64,000 bases of DNA, taken from assembly GCA_025594325.1 (NCBI GenBank), contig JANHCV010000012.1:496001-560000 (forward strand), read 5' to 3'. The notes beneath the pieces were generated by a model. It was not told the DNA's origin and searched no databases. It saw only the letters and a list, made by a program, of their open reading frames with translations. The stretch comes from Blastocladiella emersonii ATCC 22665. Lineage: Eukaryota; Fungi; Blastocladiomycota. Below, piece by piece: positions 46,788 to 58,533 of this stretch (positions are counted from its first letter, which is position 1; every line of letters begins with the position of its first letter). A program made the translations under genes and the position numbers.

Positions 46788-47328
46788 TGGATTGCGGGGA
46801 GTTGGAGGGGAGGTGAGGGGCGGCGAAGGCGAACGGGGACGTCGATTGCGCGGCTTGACGCCCGTCACGTGTTTTCAAGGCGCGTCTCACGCGCTGTCTC
46901 GCGTCGCGCTCGGCGTGCAGTTCGCGCCCGTCGGGGAAGGGGCGGCAACACAGGGACCCTGTGCTTTTGCGCGATGGCTGCCTTGTTCGATCTCACAGAA
47001 GGTGAGCGTCGCATCGCGTGCAAGACAGCAGGACCGCAGAAACGCGGCGCAGGGCCATGAGCTTCACCGCCGCCGCCGAGTCCATCTTTCCCGCAGCCTA
47101 GCTCAGGTACACTTTTCACAGCAAGGAAAACGTTCATCCGTCCTCCTCACCCGAGTTCCGGGACAGCGCAACATGCTCGTCATGGCGGGTCGTGCTCCGC
47201 TGACAATCTGCTGACGCGCGCTTCCCGTCACTTTGCATTGAGCTTGCGACGAATCAAAGCTGTTTAAGAAACTGAGATTGATAGAAAATACATCAAAAAG
47301 AAGCAATATATAAACTGTGACATTAGTG

Positions 47329-48622
47329 CTATGCAGCGGCGCTCATGCCCTTCAACTCCATGGTGTCCTTGGCGCCCTTGGCCTCCTGGATGAGGCTTCT
47401 GAACTTGACCAAGCGCTCGGCCGCGTCCTTTCTCTGGTTCTCCACGTTCAGCAGGTTCTCCTCGTGCATCTTGATCTCCTTTTTGACCTCCGTGATCAAG
47501 CTGTCCAAATATCTGCGAAGGCACCCCAGGCCACCCGAAACCGGAAACAGCAGCATCAACGCGGGAAGCACATCTACCAGCACGGGTCCAAGGACTTCGA
47601 CGGAGAAAACCTCCTCCATCGCGATGGCGCCGATTTCGCTAGCTGCTGCAATCGTTGCAACCGGGTCCACCATGGGAATGAAGGCAGTGCCCACACTCAA
47701 AGCAACCACGCCCTTCTTGCAACGCTCGTACCACAGCTGGTCCTTTTTGCGCGCCTCGATCATCGCCTGCGTGTTCTTGTAGTGTTCGTTGAGGGCCTTG
47801 TCGTTACCGTTCGAGATGTCGACGAGCTCCTTGTACGTCTCGCGCACGATGAGCGGGCGCATTTGACACACGGTGGCGCGGATCTTGTCGATGGTCTTGA
47901 AGCGGTCCTTGTCAAAAATACCCATGTCGATGCACGCCACGTTGCGCTTGGCCTCGAAAAAGTTGACGCCGTACTCCTCGAGCATGGCCAGGAACGGCTC
48001 CGGATCGTACTCGGACGCCTGGATGATCTGCTCCTCGTCAAAGCTTGGATTGCCCAAGCGGCCCGCCTTGGTCAGGACCAGGAAGCAGTTGCGCTCGTTG
48101 ATGTCCGAGACGACTGTGAGCAGCTGCAGCTGGTTGATCAGCGTGACGGGTCCGCGCAGCGCGTCAGCCACAAGCACGAGTACCACTGGCGCTTCTTTGA
48201 TATCGCGCAGGTTCTCCTCGGTCACGTCCTCCATTTTCTTGCCGAGCCCGCCGAACCCGTCGCCGTCCTGGACAATCATGGTCACGTTACGGGGCAATTT
48301 TTCTGGGTTGACGGCGTGCGACTTGCTTTTGGAATCGACGCTCTCAACGCCACTGCTCGTCTTGAAAACGCGAACGCGTTTGCCGTTGCTGTCACAGACC
48401 TCAATGAAATCGTTGCAAAGGGTCGATTTGCCTATCATTACTCGGCATACTCGGTGAGCAAGCGGACCAACTAGAATGCCAGAGGCGGGTGTGTGCTTGA
48501 AAAAACTTTTGCGTACCGCTGCCGGCTGCACCGATCACCTTGATGCGCACGTTCAGCTGCTCACATGCGTTCGTGATATTGGCCCAGAGCTCTGACCGGA
48601 AACCAAGAGTGTTGCTGACCAT
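47329..48622 (-). CDS. TRAFAC-class P-loop GTPase (AIG1/IRG/septin-like) with C-terminal hydrophobic helices and coiled coil
   Basis: Intron 48432..48516 splits the Walker A (IKVIGAAGS|GKSTLCN); G3 DGDGF; G4 LTKAG. Confidence 0.7.
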
Positions 48623-49126
48623 GGTTGGAGCCAAGAAATTCGAGGGAGGGTTTTGGAAGAGAAAATCGCCTTTTCAGCGTGGGGCGGGTGCAGGAAGCGT
48701 AGGCCGCGCTGCGAACTGTGCCCAGACGAGGAGGGCGTCGCTCGCTTATGTAGGGTGGACCGGCGTCGTGACCATGCTGAAACCCACCGTGCGTTACTGT
48801 TCCTAACAGTACGGTTACAACAATCTCCGACAGTAAGGTTAAAGCGTTCGAGCGCAGGATTCTTTCCACGCGATAAACGGTGTGGAAACCCAACCAATCT
48901 TACTGTTGGTGCGGCCAGCCCTGAGTCAATTAGACTAGGCTTGCCAAACCTTCCTGTTGCTTCAAGTTTACTGTTGACATGTCGAGTCACAAACAGTTGT
49001 TTCTCCGATTCGGTATTCAGTTACCCACTGTATCGGCTGTTCTCGATCAAAACGAATATCAATCTTGTGTTCTAATGTTCTATGGGCACGGGCGGATGTA
49101 CCAACTGAGACTGAGTGTTCATCTGT

Positions 49127-49149
49127 CACGCGTTGCGCCACACACGTGA
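49127..49149 (+). promoter_or_regulatory. Shared motif plus E-box, plus orientation, no gene downstream
   Basis: cacgcgttgcgccacacacgtga. Confidence 0.5.
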
Positions 49150-49276
49150 TGTCCCCAACGCGCGATCTTCGGTTGGCCTAAAACCTTCCGTGAGAATCGT
49201 TCACATATATCTGGAAACTGAGAAACTATATATGTCTTTGCAAGAGTCAGACTGTATCGGATCGAAACATCTGCTT

Positions 49277-50749
49277 TCACGACACTTCATCGCCAGTTTC
49301 GGGAAACAATGGCTGGAGGTCGGCCAAGTCGAGCTCTTCACCTGACTCGGAGTCAATGAGAGGTCGATATTCGAACAGCGCCATACTCGAAGGTAGTTTT
49401 GCCAGCAGAGTCTCAAGGCCGAAGCGGCTGACCGAGGCGTGTTGGATGCTGAGAGAGCGGATGTCGGGCGGTAAATTGGCCGCCAAGGCGACGACTCCCG
49501 CGTCTCGAAGATTGGTCGAACACAGCTCGAGGGTAACAAGCGTCGCGGGAAGTGCCTTTGCGAGTTCAATCACCCCAAAGTTGTCGATGCTGAAGAGGTT
49601 GGCTGATATTTAGAGTCCTTGGAGTTTCGGTGGGAGGAACGGCGCCAACGCGACAAGGCCCTCACAATTGATCGAGTTGTCGGATAAATCCAGGGATTCC
49701 AGGTTGGTCGGAAGCCGCGCGGCAAGGACCGCCATGTCCTCCGAGTTGAGACCGCACTTGTACAAGGTAAGCTGGGAAAGGTTTTCTGTGAAACGCTGAG
49801 CGATCGCAAGAGCGCCCTGGTCTCGAAGGTTTGCCTCGGAGATCAAGAGGTTGTCCAGAGAATTTGGAAAAGCACGGACAAGTCTCTCGGGAACTGAAGC
49901 TTGCGGTATGCGGCAAGAAAGCAAACTTAGTTCCCGAAGCCCCGACGGAAACTCCACCTTTATCGCGGTAGCAACAGCGCAATATCCCAACCAGTTGTTG
50001 TTGAGGTTGAGATGAGTGACGGTCGCAGGGAGCTTAAGCGCGCAAAGCACTGGAAACGTGACATCGCAGCAAGAAAGATCGACATGGGTCACAGCCGCAC
50101 GGGCCAGACAGAAAGACAGCGCGGCTGCTCCTGCTTCAGTAACTCGCTCTTGAAATAGATCAACGGAAGTGACGGTCCGATTAAGGATTGAGGGCAGCAA
50201 TTCTCGAATGTGCTCATCGCCAGGAGGCTCCGTCCCAGGAACGAGTGGCTAGTTGTACATTGCCATGAAGCGAGCAGAGTTGGGTAAGTTTGATTGGCTG
50301 GACATACCGTGCGGGAAAACAACTTACGACAAGGTTCATCATTTGGTCGTCTTCGGTATCATCGGGGTAAGTTCCGTTGAAGTGGATCTGCACAGCAAGC
50401 GGCACGAAGCACTTGGGCAGCGCAGGCCCGAGGAGCGCCACCAGTCGAGTGATTCGTAGGGCACGGTTTCGCCAAACGCGGCACCCGAGTACTTAAGCGG
50501 CCGGCCCGACCGGCGCCACGCGTTGAGCACGTTCAGTTGACCGGTCAAGCTCGCCTCGTCCATGGTCACGGACAACATGTGCAGCTCGACGGCACGCCGG
50601 ACGTCTGGCGCCCTTGCGCGTGGCATGACCTTCAAGTATCGCATCATCGTGTCAAGGTCATCTGGAGAAGCGGACTTGACGGCCCAGCAAAGGATGCGAT
50701 CGAGGACCAAGTCGGGCAATGCAGCAAGTGTGGGTTTCATTTGATGCAT
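49277..50749 (-). pseudogene. F-box-like/ANK-like/LRR copy 3
   Basis: 1-nt frameshift ~50422, phase-0 intron 50249..50327, in-frame TAA at 49610..49612 with the LRR frame continuing to 49277. Confidence 0.8.
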
Positions 50750-50859
50750 ATTTCACCTCTTACAGAGAGTTGCATCGGACACTCTGACGAGCGAAAACTG
50801 TGGCGCGTGGGATCGCGCACTCAGTGGGAGGCCTGTGTGACTTTCCTGTCACGGATCGT

Positions 50860-50875
50860 GTGGCGCAACGCGTCT
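50860..50875 (-). promoter_or_regulatory. Shared motif, LRR copy 3
   Basis: gtggcgcaacgcgtct, ~111 nt from ATG. Confidence 0.55.
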
Positions 50876-51429
50876 CCCACTCCGACACTGCGATTGTTTA
50901 CAACTCTGTAACGCATAAATAAACTCAACCGTTCCTCTAACTCATTATAATCATTAAGGACCGTAGATCTCGAGCATCAGCCGCAGCTCAACACGTCAGT
51001 GTCTGAATTTCTGTGCTTGACCCGGATCGGGTGTCAGTCCATGACCATCTCGCATTGCACTGAGGTCAGAGTAGGTTAACTGCTATGACGTGAAAGTGGA
51101 GGTAGCATAATCAATTCATTAAAGCGGCGCAACTCGTGCAGGATGGAATCATATCCTTTGAGGCAGTCTCACTCCGCGGCAGCCTTGCGCACGCGCCACG
51201 GCCCAGTGATCGTGTTGCTCGCAAAATTGGCCTCCGCGATGGTGTCACGGCGCAGCGTGACAGGTGTGGCGCGTCGCGTTCACGCGCGGCGTGGCGCGAC
51301 TTGCCGATCCAGGATTCCCCGCTCCCCGTTCACTGTTGTCCCCATTTCAGCGTGGAGTGCGGTGCAGCCGGCTCTCGCTCTCCACGGAACAAGATCATTT
51401 ATCACGCGAATAATTGCGCCTCGTGTTCA

Positions 51430-52911
51430 TCAACCCGCCCCTGGTCCCTCGTCTTTACAGATGGTGGGCGGGAGCGAATCAACCAAGACCTGATAGTCGC
51501 CATCGTTGAGGCTACACCCTTCGAGATGCAGGTACTCGAGCTGGTCGGGGAAGCTGGCAGCGAGCACGCGGGCGCACTCGCCTCCAAGCGCATTTCCCGT
51601 GAGAATAAACCGGTTAAGGGATCTCGGGAGCGCAGCAGCAAGTGGAGCGACGATTTCGGGCGTATTCAGCTCGCACCATGAGAGCTCGAGATTTTCAAGG
51701 CGCGGAGGCATGTGTTTTGCGAGCGTCGCGGCCGGCGAGTTGTTGAGATCGCCGCCACCTTGGTGAAATGGAGCAGTTTGGATGGTCAGCGACTCGAGGC
51801 CCGAGGGCAGGCTGCAAAGCAAGGCGCAAAGTCCAGCAATCGTGAGCTGGTTGTTTTCCAGGGTGAGCGACTTGAGTGTCGGCGGCAAGTGGTTGGCGAG
51901 AGCAATCGCAGTCTCCTCGTCGAGCGCCGTCGCTGCAAACCCCAAGCTCCGCAGTTGCAGGGGAATTGCACATGCGAGCGAGAGAAGAGTTTCATGGGAG
52001 ACGTCGCACCCGGTGATTGAAAGTGCCTCGAGCGAGTGTGGAAGGAAACCGAGAACGCTGCCATCACCAAGCTCGACGCAGACTAGGTCAAGGCGTTTGA
52101 GCGTATCAGGAAGCCATGGGCCTGCAACCACGTCACATCGGTAGTTGATGGGCATCCCCATGAACGAGATGGAGCGCAAGGAGTTGGCTTGGGAAGCAAT
52201 CGTTAATAGAGGAAAGGGAATCACGCAGCACGATAGCAAGATAGTCTCCAGGCGGCAGTCAGGCTGCGAAAGAGAATGTGCGAGGAGATCCGCGCCGGCC
52301 TGCGAGATGCGCATCGAATTTAGATCGATAACCGTTATGCGGCCGGAGATTATAGCTTGCGCGTTGTCGGCGATCCATTTGTCGCCCGTGGTCTCAATCG
52401 TGTCACCAAGAAGCTACGAGTGAGGGGAGCGTCAGCGCACTACCGACAATATTTTCCGGTGTGTGAAGCTGCGTACAGTGCGAGGAGAATCGGTGCCAGA
52501 ATGGGGGAGCTCATCGAGGAAAGCCTTGAGCAGCGGATTGAACCCCGGACCCGGTTTGAGTTCTAAGCCCGAAGTGCGCCACCACTCGACGACGTCGTAG
52601 CGCACGTTGTTACAGGCGCGCAAGAGGGCCTGCTCCGTGTAGACGAGCGGAAGGCCGGACCGAACCCACTCGCTGAGGACATCGATTCGGCCGTGCGCGC
52701 TGGCATTGTCCATAGAGAAACCTTCGGCGTGTAAGAGTACGGCGTTGAGGACAAATTTACCGTGTTCCCGCGGCAGCACGTGCAAGTACTCGGGCAGGGT
52801 CGCCGTGCTGGACGGGTCGGTCGCATACACGGCGTGCACCAGTGCGCGCTCAATTACAGCATAGGGTAGCACAATAGTTGGATTGCATGGAGTTGGATTG
52901 CTCATATTCAT
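51430..52911 (-). CDS. F-box-like/ANK-like/LRR copy 4, intact
   Basis: SMDNASAHGRIDVLSEWVRSGL..VVEWWRTSGL; phase-0 intron 52414..52476; LRRs follow. Confidence 0.8.
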
Positions 52912-53025
52912 CAGCTTCGTGAGTTTCAGGTCGGCGGGGGGAGCGAGTGCCGCGCGAACGCGGTCGCCCCAAGTCACGTCCGATCAGAGAGCGTGTGAAC
53001 GCCACAGTCCGGGCGCATCCCGTGG

Positions 53026-53041
53026 GTGGCGCATCGCGTCC
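53026..53041 (-). promoter_or_regulatory. Shared motif, LRR copy 4
   Basis: gtggcgcatcgcgtcc, ~115 nt from ATG. Confidence 0.55.
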
Positions 53042-53360
53042 CCACCGTGTTCCTTGCCCGCGCCCCGCTGCTAAGTAGTGAACTGGATCGACTGATCAAT
53101 GGCAACGCGGTGGCCTCGAGCAGCCGCTGATCCAACCGCACACGTCTCCACATCGTTGTCAAACTCGCGCCAGCCAACGTTCGTGGGAAGCTCTGTCGGC
53201 ACAACCACGAGCGCAAGCGTCGTCTCCTGGAGCAAGTCAAGCATGGTCGATCCATCCATGATTGATGAAAGCCATGTCGTCGGACCGGCGCGGCACGATC
53301 GCAACCTTGTGCATGCAAACACTATGTATTCTCAGCTGAAGCTACGACACGGGTGCGCTA

Positions 53361-54842
53361 TCACCTCGTCGAAATATTGAGCCCAGGCCGGACCTTTCCG
53401 ATGAGGGCAGCAAGGTCGCGAGTGATGCATGTCGCGGGATCGATGCAATTGCCAAGGAAAAAATACGTGACCGTTGGCGGAAGTTTCCAGAGCACACGCA
53501 TAACACCTGCGTCGCTGATTGTCGCGTTGGAAAGATTCAGCCGCCTGAGCCGAGCCGGAATGCGATCCATGAGCGCGGCCAAGCCAGCATCGGTTGCGCG
53601 AACCGAACCCATAAGCAGGTCCGTAAGACTCGGGCCAAATGCACTCGCAAGCGTAGCAACGCCCTCGTCGCCCAGAGGGTTCCGCCCAATGGAAAGGCTC
53701 TCCAGGAACGGAGGGATGTGACGCGCGAGCTGCAACGCGCAGTCGGACGTGATGCCGTTGTTGTTGAGATCAAGCTGGGTGAGGGTGCGCGGCAGGCGCG
53801 GCGCAATTAGCGCGGTACCTAGCGGCCCAAGCTCACAGGAGGTCAGCCGCAACTCCTCAAGCTGCTGCGGCAGGTACGTGGCGAGTGCCTGTGCGTACTC
53901 GCCGCCGAGCTTGTTCAGAGTGAGATTGAGTGAAGTAAGCGATCGCGGAAGCGAGCGGAACAGCACCTCCGAGTCCTGCACGCTGCCGAGATTGTTGCCC
54001 ATCAGGTAAAGCGTCTCCAAGTTTGATGGGAACGGCGTGACGTCTGGGTTGTTGAAAAACTTGGCGGCACCAACGCCCGCCCAGTTGTTCGCGATATCAA
54101 GAAGTGTGATCGAGTTGGGCAGCCGCATCGCGCAAAGTATTTCAAACGTGAGATCGCAGCAGCCAAGGCTCAAGCTCTGCACCGTGACAGTCGGATCGGC
54201 CAAGGCGGCCGCAAGAGCATCCGCGCTAGCCTTGGTGATGCGCATTTCTGAGCACCAGAAATAGGGAACCGGGTTGGCGCGCAGAATTGGCAGCTCGGTC
54301 TCGAGATATGCATCGCCTGGAGGGTGGTCGTGGCGCTCGAGTCGCTACAGGCATGTCCTCGGAGCTCGTGAGTGTGTTGAGATTCTCTGTCAGTACCGGA
54401 GCAGCAGACGTACGAACGATCGGTCCTCCAGAAAGTCATTTTCCAGTTCTCCGCAAATTCCATTGAAGTGCACATGGACCACGAACCCGACCTCGCACTC
54501 GGGCAGCGGGATCTCCGCGTGACGCCGCCACCAATCCAGCGACCAGTACAGATGGGAAGCGTCCGTGATCGCGCGGCCCGTGTAATGAAGCGGACGCCCT
54601 GATTGAACCCACGCGTCGAGCACGTTGAGACGTCCCGTCACGCTGGCTTCATCCATTGAAATCGATAAAAGGTGGTCCTGGATCGCGTGGTGCACGCAAG
54701 GGGCGCGGTCGCGTGGCATGACGCGAGAGTACTGCAGCATCCTGCCGACATCGTCCGGGTCGTGCAGTCGGATCGCGCAGCAGAGAATCCGATCGAGAAC
54801 AATAAGAGGTAATTCAGGAAGTTCCATATTCATTGGATCCAT
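53361..54842 (-). CDS. F-box-like/ANK-like/LRR copy 5, intact
   Basis: LPELPLIVLDRIL leader; phase-0 intron 54345..54413; about 9 RI-like LRRs. Confidence 0.82.
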
Positions 54843-54945
54843 GGTGCGTGTGTGCTATGTGGTTGACGGGAGGACGAGGTGGCCGTTCCGCTTTGAATAG
54901 GGGGTTGTCCGAGTGACGTCAGGCCATGAACCCTGACACCCGTGA

Positions 54946-54961
54946 GTGGCGCAACGCGTCT
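54946..54961 (-). promoter_or_regulatory. Shared motif, LRR copy 5
   Basis: gtggcgcaacgcgtct, ~104 nt from ATG. Confidence 0.55.
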
Positions 54962-55080
54962 TGAAGTGTTCTCACCAGCGGAATCGCCCGAGCTCGACAA
55001 CCTAGAATCCCTAAAGAGGCACACTACAGACTCGGCTTCTTCGCTGAAATCCGTTTATATTCTCGTCACACCGCTCCGCA

Positions 55081-58000
55081 TCAGATCCCATTCTCGAAGA
55101 ACGCCTTCACCGCGGGACTGAGCGAATCCATACCGCTGCCACTCGCCGGGTACGCCGGTCGGAAAAGGGCGCGCTGGGCGATGGGGCGCAGCTTTGCATA
55201 GAGTTCCGCATCGAACCGCGAGTCCGATTCGGGCACGGGTTCGCGTAGCCGAGTGAGATCAACCGCAGAAATGGGCCACATCCCGTCGCTCGGGATGACG
55301 TGGAGGGGCACGCGCTTGGAGAGCGCGACAGTACACTCGTCAATGATGGGGCCGCGAGTCACGCAGTGCGACGTCGTTGCTGGATCCCTCGTATTGTACG
55401 CGAAGGCGATCGTGCACTCGAGTCCAGGCGATGGGATCATGTCTGGACCTGCGGAAGGTATGAACACGACTCGATCAAGCAGGATGAGAGAATAGAACAG
55501 GCCCGTCGGGAAATGAATCGCAATGGCCCCGTATCCCTTCGCGGCCGCTTCGAAAATCTGCCGCAAAATTTCGACGACGCTTGCGGCCGATCGCCGCGTC
55601 GAGTGATCGGGCGCCTGGTGACCATACGCGCGGAGTGCGTTTTCTCCGGTGCGTTTCGTTCCGGGCGGCAGTGGACACAGGGCATCGGTTTAGTCGATGG
55701 CCGAGCAGTTCGCCGCGCGGACCGCATGCTGCCAGAAGGGGTCGGATATCGAGCTTAGGAAGCGGCGACCAACAGGAGGTTGGATTGGCAGTTGCTCGGT
55801 GTTCACGTGCATGTACATGATGCGGTTGAGGTAGAAGTTGCAGCGGGGCGGGGTTTCCCTGAAATCAAGCCCTACGTTGGCGACGTGCACAGGGGACGTG
55901 ACACGCATGGTCTGAGGCACGCCGTCGATAAGCATGGTAGCTGCGCCACGAATCAGGGTCGGCTCATGGGGCTCCGGTGACTTGAATTTGTTCGCTGGAG
56001 TCAAGCTCGGCGGAATTTGGAGAACAACCTCCACCGAGTCGGCCTTCTCGAAAGCGTGGTCCATGGTAAGCAACCAGTTGCGCTGAGATTCCGCGCCGTC
56101 TTGAATTTGTGGCGGACGAGACTGAACAAGTGCGCGAGCGAGCGCTGATGGATGTTCGATGGGAACTCGAGTGATGGTCGCGGACGCGAGGGGAACAAGC
56201 GTGGTTCCAAGAAGCACCCGCTTGGCCGCGCCAGGTCCTGTTCCCAAAAGGTGCTCACAGTACACGCCAAGCATGGATCGTGCCGGTGCGCGTTCAATCA
56301 GCGCGTTCTCGACAAGAGTTGAGACTCGCAACCGCGGGGAATCCCCGAAGATCGGCTCGACGCGTAAGCACTCAAACCGGAACAGCTTACCAGGAGTTTT
56401 AAATTCGAGAGCAAGGTAAGTCGGATGACGGCCCGGAACGTCGTCGGCAGGAACCTCGAGCTCGAGGCGAGACATGGACTTCGCCTTCGCGGCCGGCCGA
56501 ATCCCGCACAAGTCCAACGAAACGAGGATTTCGGCCACCAATCTAGTATCCGCGAGGTCATAGGCCTTCGATAGAAGCGCAGGTAAGACGCATTTGTCGC
56601 TGGTACGCATCAATTCCGGCGATTCAATGCGCCCCGCACCAAAGGCGAATGCAATCAGTTTGGGAAAGACGCTGGCGGTGTTGAAGTTGGGTACTATACG
56701 TTCAAACGAGCGTTATGAGCGCAAATATGAGCGGCTAGTACAGCGTGAATCGTACCAGGAGAATTCGGCTGAAAAAAGTGGCTGATTGACGCGGACAAGG
56801 CGCTGGTGAGGAACTCGGACTTGTCGAGCGCCGTAGGGACCGTGGAATGTGGGAGCTTGACGAAGCTCAAGTAGCGCACGGGGCGGTTGTCCAGGTGTTC
56901 GAGACTCCACGCTGAATATTGATACCATGTTGCCGAGCCGGAGGGGTTGGGGTTCTCGGCGAGTACGACGCCAAAAAACGCAGGGAACGCTTCCTGCGGG
57001 AGCCCAGTCAAGAGCCGAAGATACGGTCCGGGTTCGTGTGAAGAGCCAGTGGTAGCCGCAGTCGAATATGCAAGCAAACGCGCTCGATCTCCGTCGCTAC
57101 CGCCATGACGAAGCAGGACCGAGCCGTGAATCAGGATGCTGAGTAGGCCGCATGAGTCCATGAGATTGTTCGTATCCACGACGTCGAAGCGCGAAGCGGG
57201 GTCGGCGGCTAGCTGTTCCATGGCGGTAAGCGCGTGACCATGTGCGAAAGTGACACGGATGAGTGGCACGTTCCCGCGCAAGGCGGAACGAAGCGGTGCA
57301 ATCCACTCACTGAGTTCGGCGAGCATCGCCGACTCGGGAAGCCCGCGGCCGAGAAACAAATCAAACGCGTCTGTCGGAAGCGAGTTCGCGTCGATGGCGT
57401 AGTACGGCGAGTTGTCGATGCCGATCAGAAGCATCGTGGGATTGACAACGAGGGCGGAACCCTGTGTGAACACGCTCGACTCGGCGAGTCGCTCGAGATT
57501 GCACGCGGTGCGCGCATATTCGACACCATCGAGCACGCCGCGGTACTGCCCGTGAGCCCGGCCCATGAAGGCCACGACCGAGTCCGAATGCGACTTGCTG
57601 GTAGTCGCGTCCGAGGCACCAGTCGACTCGTGATACTGCGGACGCTTTCCCAGGAGCGTCTCGACCGACCAGTCGACCTCGAGCCAAGCGGTCCAGCAAC
57701 GGCGGAGTTCGAGTTGAGTCGCAGAGTCGAGGACGCGCAACGGCGAGTCGACCGATTCATTGAGCCAGTCCTTGGTAATACATTCGCGGAGCCGGTCGTT
57801 CCAGAATTCGCGAACATCCGGATTAAGGACAGTCGAGTACCAAAGCTGTCCCACGTACCGAGCAAGCATGAATGAGTCGGCCACGCCCGCAGGATTTGGC
57901 GCAATGGCATCGAGAATCAGCAGGTTTCGTGCGAGGACCTCGGGCTGCCAATCATTGAGGGTAAACCTAAGAGCCGCAGTGGAGCCCTTGGCTACGGCTT

Positions 58001-58250
58001 CGCATACGGTGCGCGCAACCTCGGCCAGGTCACCGCAGCCACACACGAGCGCACTCAGCTCCGGCCGCTTGCTGTAGCCATGAGAGTGGAGCAAGTCGCG
58101 CGGCGGTTGGTGCCGGAACGGGCGAAACCCGCTGACGCGGTTCCCGCGGTACTGCGTGCGACAGGTCAAGAGTGCCGCAACCGCCGCGCCCGGCGGGTCG
58201 GCCATAAACGCAGAAAGGGGCTTTTTGCTGCCAGTTGCGGGTCGCTTCAT
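55081..58250 (-). pseudogene. DUF4470-family copy 4 with a single in-frame TAA
   Basis: Intron 56694..56755; TAA at 55690..55692; the same frame continues (TDALCPLPPG..VVEILRQIFEA) to 55081. Confidence 0.75.
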
Positions 58251-58533
58251 GGTATGTGGTGCATTCATGAGCGTCGGAGGAAGGAGAAGGAGCGAGGCGA
58301 TCGGCAACGGGCGGCGCGGCGCGTGGGAGCTGGCGTCACGGGCATGCGCATCAGGCGCCACTCACATGATATCGCGGCGCGTCTCGCATCGTGTCTCGCG
58401 GCCTCGGTTAGGATTGCAGTTGTTCAAGGAACTTTTGCAGCGAGAAGAGAGGTTGGTCGGTTAGGCCATGGCGTAGATCGGTGGCTTCCGAACGACCAAA
58501 ATCAATGCATGGCATAAAATCAGCGCGTTCATC

